64,000 nucleotides of DNA from an uncultured Clostridia bacterium (GTDB lineage: Bacteria > Bacillota > Clostridia > Christensenellales > CAG-314). Location: contig CANQPI010000001.1 of assembly GCA_947625725.1 (NCBI GenBank), forward strand, positions 22,085 to 86,084, in the 5' to 3' direction. The notes beneath the pieces were generated by a model that saw nothing but the letters and a program-made list of their open reading frames with translations, did not search any database and was not told the origin of the DNA. Both the position numbers and the translations under genes were made by a program. Positions 8,139 to 14,985 of the stretch are shown here, piece by piece; within the stretch, counting starts at the first letter, position 1, and the number at the start of each line of letters is the position of its first letter.

Positions 8139-9526
8139 TATTCGTTCTCCTCGTCTTGTGATCTTTCGATGTAATTGACGAACTCGTCGGGAGTCATGCG
8201 GCGACCGTCATCAAGAAGAATGCACTTGCGCGAAAAGGCAAAATCTTCGATGTCTTCGATAAAGCGTCCCATAACCGTTGTATCAGAGAAATTTATATTC
8301 TTGGTCGCGGCAACCGCTTGATCGATTGCACTCTGCCAATCTCCCGACATCAGATAGTTGTCTATATATGCTTTATTGCCGCCAAGACACCCATAGTAAC
8401 AGAGGTGCGGGTGAGGCATTGCTTCCGGATCGTTAATGCAATGTCTCTCGCATCTCACTGGGGTTAATGCTGACAACCCTTTGAGTGTAAATTTGCTTTC
8501 CACAACGAACACGCCCTTGTGTCGACGGAATATATAGTCGCATACTTTTTGAGCAAATGGGAAATCCTCGAAATAAGAGGCATTTTCGAGAACGTTGTCA
8601 ATAATATTTTCGTCATAATATTCCAATGTCTCTACAATGCCGAAGTCTATGGCACCCGAACCAGATGCCGTTACTTCGTTAATTCTCAGGTGTCTTCTCG
8701 ATTGGAAGAAATTCACAATTTCGTTTGCTTTGCTTTCCGGAGCTGACTTCCAACAGTATAACTCCTGCCTTATCTTGTCCAAGGTTTGCAAACAGCCGTC
8801 GATGCGTTCCTCATACTCCCTTACGTCGCTAATCAAAGACTCCTCGTTGCCTTCAAGGTTCTTAATGCGATTTTTGATGTAAGTTTTGTTGTAGTCCGTG
8901 AGCAGTTTAATTGTCGCAAGATTCGCGAAATCTATGCCTTGACATGCGTCGTTTATGATGCTTGCGATCAAGTCAAAATCAACCTTGCTCGAGGAACGAT
9001 GAACTGCTCCGAAACTTTTGTATATTTGAAGTTCCTCCCCTTCGGGATTGGTGGGATAAAACCACGGGAAAACACGGAACAGTGTTGAGCACAAAAGGCG
9101 TACCCAGCGCAATGTAATTTTACGAACAAAGATAATGCTCTTTTTAAGTTCGTTGTTGACGTATACTTTTGTTTCTTCCGCCGTTCCCAAATATTGGTTT
9201 ACTGGGTAGGGCTTTGAATCAAGTGCTACCCACCCCTCTGCAAAAATTGTAGGAAGAGCCTCGTCTTGACGTGCCGCCGTTCCTATAAATAAATCGCAAT
9301 CGTTTGTTTGGGATATGAATGGATTCCCATCGGCGCCGCGAACAACTTGTGCATGCGGTTTTATGAGTTGTAGCGTCGATATATCACCATGGTGGTGCTT
9401 GAGAACAATATACCTCAACACCGCTTCGAGCTCGACGCTACCGTCGAACTCGAGAGGTTGTTGGCTAAAATAAGCGTTTGCGCTGGGGCCTGTAAGTATA
9501 GTTGTTAACCTATCCATTGCAGACAC
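8138..9526 (-). CDS. E2-like (UBC-fold candidate) protein with long N-terminal extension
   Basis: C-terminal MPHPHLCYYGCLGGN resembles the E2 HPN-x-Cys active-site signature; sits between the Ubl and JAB genes; TAGGAG RBS. Confidence 0.55.
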   Translation of the reverse strand: MSAMDRLTTILTGPSANAYFSQQPLEFDGSVELEAVLRYIVLKHHHGDISTLQLIKPHAQVVRGADGNPFISQTNDCDLFIGTAARQDEALPTIFAEGWVALDSKPYPVNQYLGTAEETKVYVNNELKKSIIFVRKITLRWVRLLCSTLFRVFPWFYPTNPEGEELQIYKSFGAVHRSSSKVDFDLIASIINDACQGIDFANLATIKLLTDYNKTYIKNRIKNLEGNEESLISDVREYEERIDGCLQTLDKIRQELYCWKSAPESKANEIVNFFQSRRHLRINEVTASGSGAIDFGIVETLEYYDENIIDNVLENASYFEDFPFAQKVCDYIFRRHKGVFVVESKFTLKGLSALTPVRCERHCINDPEAMPHPHLCYYGCLGGNKAYIDNYLMSGDWQSAIDQAVAATKNINFSDTTVMGRFIEDIEDFAFSRKCILLDDGRRMTPDEFVNYIERSQDEENE

Positions 9527-9541
9527 TCCTATGTATTGATG

Positions 9542-9778
9542 TTATCTTGCTCCGTCTGCCTTCACGATGGCGCCAAGGGCAATTTCGTCGCCGGACTTGT
9601 AACCCAAGTTTTCGAGGGTGCTGTTGAGCTCCGTGTTAGTCAGGGTTTTGCCATTGATGTTGACGGAACAGCCGCCGACGTTGGCTCCAACCTGAGCGAA
9701 TATCTCCAAAGGAGTTGTGCTGGGCTGAACAGTGATTTCTCTACGAGTTGTATTAGTTTTTACGCTGACTTTAATCAT
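9542..9778 (-). CDS. ubiquitin-like (ThiS/MoaD beta-grasp-like) small protein
   Basis: 78 aa; ..VNINGKTL..LGYKSGDEIALGAIVKADGAR pattern typical of ThiS/MoaD-type Ubls; AAGGAG RBS; first gene of the coupled cassette. Confidence 0.6.
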   Translation of the reverse strand: MIKVSVKTNTTRREITVQPSTTPLEIFAQVGANVGGCSVNINGKTLTNTELNSTLENLGYKSGDEIALGAIVKADGAR

Positions 9779-9841
9779 GTTTGTTTCTCCTTGTTTATTA
9801 TTTTGTTTTAGAGGGGGCGCGGTTAAGCGCCCCGTTTGTGG

Positions 9842-10276
9842 TTAGCCGCGGCGAGCAGGTGTCTCGGTCACTACGCCCACAACGCTGATTTTGCTGACGA
9901 GGTCAGCCTTTGCGTCACGGATTGCTTTCGCAGCCCGGGGCACGCTTGTTTCGAGCGTCTTAACGTAGCCAATAACGCCGCCAAGTTTCTCAGCCACATA
10001 GTCCTTAGCCTTGTCGTCGCTAAGACCAGTTTCCAAGGTGCCTGTGAATGTAGCAAAGCCTTCTGTGCCGCGAGAAGTTCCGCCAAATACCATTCCGAAT
10101 CCGCTAACCGTGTCTTTGCCTTCTTCATAGGCAATACGGAATACGTCGCGCTCGATATCGCCTTCCTTGGTTGTGATTGCGAGCCCATTGGGATTGTACT
10201 TTTGCAGAAGCTTGATGTCCTCGACTTTAATCGCGGATGTCACCACAAAAGTGTTTGCAACGATTTGAATTTGCAT
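9842..10276 (-). CDS. hypothetical protein ending in ..TPARRG
   Basis: Start moved to M14 (AAGGAG + 8 nt); 144 aa; GC-rich hairpin (9814-9833) separates it from the Ubl gene. Confidence 0.7.
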   Translation of the reverse strand: MQIQIVANTFVVTSAIKVEDIKLLQKYNPNGLAITTKEGDIERDVFRIAYEEGKDTVSGFGMVFGGTSRGTEGFATFTGTLETGLSDDKAKDYVAEKLGGVIGYVKTLETSVPRAAKAIRDAKADLVSKISVVGVVTETPARRG

Positions 10277-10339
10277 AGTTTGTTTCTCCTTTTCATGTAT
10301 TTTTTTTATCATCACTCGAAAGAGTTTGATACAATAAAT

Positions 10340-10496
10340 ATGGAACGGAACGCCTCAATGTATAAGAAGAAAATAAAAACAAAAGAGGTAGTAGAAAGTA
10401 TCCGCGTTTCTCTACTGCGACAAAAAAGAAAGGTCGCTTTATGCTTAAAGAAAGAAGATGGTAGAGGCATCTTGACGAAAAGACGCTCCGTTCCAT
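10340..10496 (-). ncRNA. structured element bracketed by a 13-bp helix, directly 3' of the tRNA-like element
   Basis: AUGGAACGGAGCG (10496-10484) pairs with CGUUCCGUUCCAU (10352-10340). The single non-Watson-Crick pair is G-U only on the minus-strand RNA. Two internal hairpins. Confidence 0.4.
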
Positions 10497-10595
10497 TGGT
10501 GGAGAGTGGTGGAGTCAAACCACCGCGGTAGGACGTATGGCGCCAAGCCTACCAGGGAGTTCGCGTCCCCTGCTTAATCGCTTGCGTAACTCTCC
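10497..10595 (-). ncRNA. tRNA-like element (class-II-like, non-canonical), ends in ACCA
   Basis: 7-bp acceptor stem GGAGAGT/ACTCTCC + ACCA; T-arm-like GGTGG-TTTGACT-CCACC; anticodon-arm-like GGGGA-CGCGAAC-TCCCT; long extra arm. No proper D-arm; G33; C56 absent. Confidence 0.35.
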
Positions 10596-10609
10596 ATAAT
10601 TAACAAAAT

Positions 10610-10948
10610 TTATTTTTCGTTTGGCTCTCGCTCAACGCATTCGCCATCAACAAAGTGGTAATCTCCCGAATAAGCGCAATCAGCGCAGTCATCGGTTTCG
10701 TCGCCGCCGAAGGGACAATCAAAGCCGAAGTCCTCTCTTAACCGTGCGCCACATTCCGGGCAGTAGTTAAGACCAAATTTTTCTTTCAGTCTTTCTTTCA
10801 CCCTCTCTGTTGCTTCTTCAATATTTTCCCCTTGCGCAAATGCAAGGAAATAACCACATACCGAGCATTTCGCTACGACTATTCCTTCGCCTGCTTCCGG
10901 TCTTGGTCTTATTATCGGCTCGTGCAATTCGTTTTCTCTCGTTTCCAT
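10610..10948 (-). CDS. hypothetical zinc-ribbon protein
   Basis: Start at M8 (GGAGG RBS); CSVCGY...YCPECG pairs. Confidence 0.7.
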   Translation of the reverse strand: METRENELHEPIIRPRPEAGEGIVVAKCSVCGYFLAFAQGENIEEATERVKERLKEKFGLNYCPECGARLREDFGFDCPFGGDETDDCADCAYSGDYHFVDGECVEREPNEK

Positions 10949-10965
10949 TATTGTTCCTCCGTTTG

Positions 10966-11271
10966 TCAAACTATTGCTAACTTAATGCTTGTGTGCTGAT
11001 CACTTTCCCAGCCTTGAATAAAGGCGTCGAAGTCTGTATCGGTATCCTTGTCGATGATCAGTGAACCTTCTTCAGGGTTGCCGTCAGCGTCTGTGGATGC
11101 TTGTTCGTCCGCTATCCACGACTCACGCTTTTCGCGTTCGACGAGTTCCTTGAACGCAGTACGGGCTTTGTTCTCATTGGTGAAAGGTGTTACTTCGACA
11201 CCATGGTTGCCATCGTATGCCCACTCAAAAATGAGGCAAAACGTGTGATTTGACGCTTCCTGATTGTTCAT
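10966..11271 (-). CDS. hypothetical protein
   Basis: Start at M20 (AAGGAG RBS). Confidence 0.65.
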   Translation of the reverse strand: MNNQEASNHTFCLIFEWAYDGNHGVEVTPFTNENKARTAFKELVEREKRESWIADEQASTDADGNPEEGSLIIDKDTDTDFDAFIQGWESDQHTSIKLAIV

Positions 11272-11321
11272 AAAAGACTCCTTTGATTGAATTGTGCAGA
11301 GTACTGTATTGCCCCTCTTGT

Positions 11322-11660
11322 TTACCACGACGTGAGAATATTTTGATGTGCAATCTCATCGAGGGGGAACACATATACGTCTGGGCACATCTTTGGGTAT
11401 GGGATATCTATGCCCACCTGATATCCATTAAAGAATTTTCGAATAAGCTCGGAAACCAAATGCTGATTTTCTTGCCAAGATCCATCTCCCGGGTATGAAT
11501 CAAGGAATAGAGTCAAGGTGTTGGCGGCGCCATCCGAAGAATAACAGATTTGGTAAAACCTTACGGGTTCTGCGTTTCCGGTGGTTTTGGATAAGTCAAC
11601 AATATTGTGCTCTTCCAAAAATTCTTTTATTTGATTTAATTGTTCACTTGTGATGTTCAT
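11322..11660 (-). CDS. hypothetical protein
   Basis: Start at M23 (AAGGGG RBS). Confidence 0.65.
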   Translation of the reverse strand: MNITSEQLNQIKEFLEEHNIVDLSKTTGNAEPVRFYQICYSSDGAANTLTLFLDSYPGDGSWQENQHLVSELIRKFFNGYQVGIDIPYPKMCPDVYVFPLDEIAHQNILTSW

Positions 11661-11677
11661 AAAAGCCCCCTTTGTAA

Positions 11678-11875
11678 TCAAAATTCTTGCCAATCGGTGC
11701 ACTTGCCATCGGGAGACACGGCACATATTTGTTTCTCAAGGAGTTCGCCCGGCTCAAGGACAAACTCTCCTTTTCTGTATTTCTCTTGGGCAATTTCCAA
11801 CGCTTCCTCTTCGTTTTTAGCTTCGACAGTAAATCCATCGGTGACTGTTTCTTGTATCCAAACTATAAATTTCAC
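11678..11875 (-). CDS. hypothetical small protein
   Basis: 65-aa ORF, GTG start 8 nt after AAGGAG. Confidence 0.6.
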   Translation of the reverse strand: MKFIVWIQETVTDGFTVEAKNEEEALEIAQEKYRKGEFVLEPGELLEKQICAVSPDGKCTDWQEF

Positions 11876-11951
11876 AATTGATTCTCCTTTAACCCGACCA
11901 GAAAATTATAAGATGTTGCGCGTCTCTTTGGGCACGTATTTGGGCGAGGTG

Positions 11952-12209
11952 TTATAAACTATTCTTCATCACTTTCAGAATGTATGACAACTCCTTACAG
12001 GGAGCCCTGTTTTCGGCAGTCATGTTTCTTAGAAGTTTCTGGGAGAGACTGGGGTAAAGGTCTGCTAACATTCTGAGCGTTTTATCGTGTTCGAGGATCT
12101 CTTTCAACATTTTGAGTTTCGCTTCTTTCTTTGTTGGTGCGATTATAGAACTGCTGTAACCCCCATTGATTGAGAGCGTAACGAAATACGGTTTAAGAGG
12201 CTTAGACAT
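11952..12209 (-). CDS. hypothetical protein
   Basis: 85-aa ORF with AAGGAG RBS. Confidence 0.65.
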   Translation of the reverse strand: MSKPLKPYFVTLSINGGYSSSIIAPTKKEAKLKMLKEILEHDKTLRMLADLYPSLSQKLLRNMTAENRAPCKELSYILKVMKNSL

Positions 12210-12263
12210 ACAAATATCTCCTTTTATTTTTTATTTTCAAAAGTTTCAGATAACTCTTCGAAA

Positions 12264-12992
12264 TTACCTTTCTACGAGAATCGAGTTGTCGCTTACTTTA
12301 TTGTAGATGAATGTGCGGTGATTCGCGCCGTCGATGTATTCCGTGTGTTCTTCGTCGTTAACGAGAGGATACATATTCCTTGCCCATAAAATAATCGCGT
12401 CCCGCAATTCTTCGTTATCTTCGTCGCTTGTATCAAACCCTTGCAGAGCGAGGAGCGGTGCAACCCTTCGGAAAAACACCTCGTCGTACCAATCATCGAA
12501 ATCATCGTACTCGTCTTTTAAGTGCGTGTCATAGGGACCATTCTCCACATCGCATTTCATGTCGTAAAAGACATCCAAAAGTGCGGTGCTACGGATTACT
12601 TCTTCGTCGTTTCCCTCTAAATAAGCGCAACATTCATTAACCCAACTTTTTACCCAAGATTCAAGCGAAACATAGCTCCCGTAGAGTTTCTTGATTCGCT
12701 CAACCATATCGGCTTGTCTTCTCGGGATTTTTCCCTCTGCCATAAAAGGTCCGTACTGGAGATAGAGTTCCCGCATCTCTTCCGATTTTATTTTGCCATA
12801 AGGAAGGCTTGCAATTCGAAGCCAGTATGCTACCGGATCAATTTGCACATTCACGATTTTAGCGTTTGATATTTCGGCGTCAGCACTAGATGCCGCGATA
12901 CAAACGCCACCCCTGCAGTCACTGTGACAAACCAAATTTTTGAAGTTGATATCGTCCGCAACCTCTGCGGAAATCATGATAAGTGTTTTCAT
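12264..12992 (-). CDS. hypothetical protein
   Basis: 242-aa ORF, GGAGGG RBS 5 nt upstream of ATG. Confidence 0.75.
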   Translation of the reverse strand: MKTLIMISAEVADDINFKNLVCHSDCRGGVCIAASSADAEISNAKIVNVQIDPVAYWLRIASLPYGKIKSEEMRELYLQYGPFMAEGKIPRRQADMVERIKKLYGSYVSLESWVKSWVNECCAYLEGNDEEVIRSTALLDVFYDMKCDVENGPYDTHLKDEYDDFDDWYDEVFFRRVAPLLALQGFDTSDEDNEELRDAIILWARNMYPLVNDEEHTEYIDGANHRTFIYNKVSDNSILVER

Positions 12993-13010
12993 CAACGCCC
13001 TCCGTTTTAT

Positions 13011-13073
13011 ATTTTAATAAAAGCCCCAGTTCCACCCACCATCAAATCGCTTGAATTGCGGATGGAAGTGGGG
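13011..13073 (-). terminator. intrinsic terminator candidate closing the 14.4->13.0 kb transcription unit
   Basis: 11-bp stem (CCCCACTTCCA / TGGAACTGGGG, one mismatch) followed by CTTTTATT on the minus strand. Confidence 0.6.
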
Positions 13074-13074
13074 C

Positions 13075-13646
13075 GAAATTTGCTGCGGCAACCAGAGATA
13101 TCACTAGTCGACATTACTCGGACTTCGCTTTCTCACTCGGAAACTTGATACGTAATTGCAAACTAATAATAGTTTTTTTGGCTTCCACTATGGCAGGAAC
13201 TCTCCCGTATTAGTTTCCTTGATTACGAACCAACAACTATCAAATTTATTGTCGCAATGGCACCACGCCGGTTTAATTAAAGTAGCGAAGCTATCGGGTT
13301 ATTACGTTGTAGCCCAAAATAATAATCCGTTCACATCTCGCAGTTCGGAGGAAAGAGCGGCTTGTCATCTGCCCAACAAGCGAGGCAGCCAAATGCATGG
13401 CTTAACGTCTTTGCTTCGTACGGTTTTTATGCAACCTTCCGTCAAATAGTTGGTGTGGTTAGCACCTGACTTTCAATCTGTTGCCTTTGGTGGGTTTGGT
13501 CGGAAATGCTCCGCCATCTTCGGTCGCCCGATGTTTTTCTGCTTAAACTATGAACCCATACAATATTGTCCCCGAGGCGTTGCTGCCCTTCTACCTTTCG
13601 GGGAGGCTGACACTCAGCTAATAGGCAGTTTTTTGCCGTCCTTTTA
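13075..13646 (-). ncRNA. 570-nt ORF-free tail of a strongly promoted transcript; candidate large non-coding RNA
   Basis: No RBS-preceded ORF on the transcribed strand; flanked by a terminator; plus-strand ORFs in the track lack RBSs and look non-coding. Confidence 0.35.
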
Positions 13647-13799
13647 TTACCTCTCTGACATAGCTAGCCTGACATCAGTCAGGGAGGCGACGAGCGCGGC
13701 AAGACACCGCGTCGGCTTCTCTCGCGACGAGACCGATATTATTGTGAAAATTGTCACCCCAAAGCGCGGGGCATTCGCGGGCTGTTCATCGAACTCCAT
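13647..13799 (-). CDS. possible 50-aa ORF
   Basis: ATG 9 nt after AGGAG; MEFDEQPANAPRFGV...; below the track length cutoff. Confidence 0.25.
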   Translation of the reverse strand: MEFDEQPANAPRFGVTIFTIISVSSREKPTRCLAALVASLTDVRLAMSER

Positions 13800-13884
13800 T
13801 TACCACAGCTCCTATTACTCTCAGGCAAGCTTCCCGACGATCCAAGCGTCTTGCTTCTCCTTGTTGCTTCGTGGCACCCATTTT

Positions 13885-14064
13885 TTACGCTTTTGATTTA
13901 CGTTTGCGACGAGCGCGGGGCATTCGCGGTACAATCCATTTTCTCCAATTGCAAGAAAATTTGCTGACGCGGTTTCCCTTGCCGTCGCGCATTGGCTTAT
14001 TCAGGCGGTCAATGCCTGCCGTCTGCATATTGTATCTGGCGATACTTCTTAAAAGTTTTCTCAT
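13885..14064 (-). CDS. possible 59-aa highly basic protein
   Basis: ATG 5 nt after AGGAG; MRKLLRSIARYNMQTAGIDRLNK...PRMPRARRKRKSKA; below the track length cutoff. Confidence 0.35.
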   Translation of the reverse strand: MRKLLRSIARYNMQTAGIDRLNKPMRDGKGNRVSKFSCNWRKWIVPRMPRARRKRKSKA

Positions 14065-14441
14065 AATAACTCCTATTATAGTTTCACAATCCTAACGCGA
14101 CAGAATGTTAATCCAGCGAAGGAAGGAGACGCATTCGAGGTGCTTCTGGCGTGTGAGGAGTTTGTTGGTTTAATGGTTGTTTAATGGTTTTAATCAACAA
14201 TAATTCTGAAAAGTGAATGGGTTTTTATCCTAAGAGAAAGGTTCGAGTATTTAAGAGATGGTCGCGAACGCTCATTCGAACCGCTCAAGGGGCTTAGGGT
14301 TCCGATGAAAGTGACCAGATGGTATCCCTCAGGCGGCTTCCCGCCTTCACTTCTCGATGCCCTGAACGTTGTCCAAGGTTCTACAAGGTAGAAATGCGAT
14401 TGTGAATTGCTTTACAGTCCCCAAACGTGTCGTGTAATTGT

Positions 14442-14470
14442 ATTATATGACACAGATGTGGAGTTGTCAA
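14442..14470 (-). promoter_or_regulatory. sigma-70-type consensus promoter (TTGACA-17-TATAAT) with A-rich upstream tract
   Basis: Minus strand: TTGACA at 14470-14465, exact 17-nt spacer, TATAAT at 14447-14442; AAAAAAACTTTCAAAAAAA just upstream. Confidence 0.7.
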
Positions 14471-14490
14471 GCGTTTTTTTGAAAGTTTTT

Positions 14491-14871
14491 TTAAGAATTT
14501 TCTTTGGCTTTGCGAGCTTTCATTTTCGCGTACCAACGGTGTTGATATTCGGCACGCTTACGCCTTTGCTCCGCCAAGATTTCCTCGGCGGTTGGCGCAG
14601 CCCCCGAAGGAGCGGGGACAAGACGTCTGACGGGTGCCGTCAAAGATGCCGCATTGACGACCTCAATGGATGCGATCTCAGCCGCGAGGGCGGCTTTGCT
14701 TGCAACCAAGGTGAGATATGTTGCATCTTCCTTGTCGCAGGGAATGGTGGCGCCGGTGCAGTTGAGCTTGATGTCGACGTGCCCAACGCGGTCGATTTTT
14801 TTGATAAGTTGCGTTACGTGCTTGAGCGCCTTAGCCTTACGCCCAATAATTTCAGCTGTTCTGTTATCCAT
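14491..14871 (-). CDS. hypothetical protein
   Basis: Start at M9 (AAGGAG + 8 nt). Confidence 0.7.
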   Translation of the reverse strand: MDNRTAEIIGRKAKALKHVTQLIKKIDRVGHVDIKLNCTGATIPCDKEDATYLTLVASKAALAAEIASIEVVNAASLTAPVRRLVPAPSGAAPTAEEILAEQRRKRAEYQHRWYAKMKARKAKENS

Positions 14872-14896
14872 AGTTACTCTCCTTGTTTTTTGCATT

Positions 14897-14920
14897 AAAA
14901 AAGCACCCCGTCAAGGGTAC
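14897..14920 (-). terminator. intrinsic terminator candidate
   Basis: Minus strand GTACCC-TTGACG-GGGTGC followed by TTTTTT. Confidence 0.45.
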
Positions 14921-14985
14921 TTGGTTGTCAAATGTGTTACTTGTGAGGCGGTGTGTAACGCGATGGACACAGAATGATTGCCTCA

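Noticed and set aside
10340-10496. MITE-like mobile element defined by the 13-bp terminal inverted repeats
   Set aside because: There are no flanking target-site duplications and no other copies in the window. The single mismatch is a G-U pair specifically on the transcribed strand, which favours an RNA helix.
10497-10595. Calling this a bona fide tRNA-Ser(CGA) gene
   Set aside because: It has no credible D-arm or G18-G19, G instead of the near-invariant U33, a T-loop lacking C56, and an oversized 27-nt extra arm. I report it only as a tRNA-like element.
13347-13360. RNase P RNA (GGAGGAAAGAGCGG resembles the GAGGAAAGUCC box)
   Set aside because: It is a single short partial match on the non-transcribed strand. 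I found no other conserved RNase P regions at appropriate spacing.
13156-14095. Three plus-strand ORFs (97, 148 and 114 aa) filling the 13-14 kb gap
   Set aside because: They have no RBS and implausible amino-acid composition. They run opposite to every neighbouring gene. The region is bracketed by a minus-strand consensus promoter and terminator, so I treat them as chance ORFs over non-coding or small-ORF sequence.
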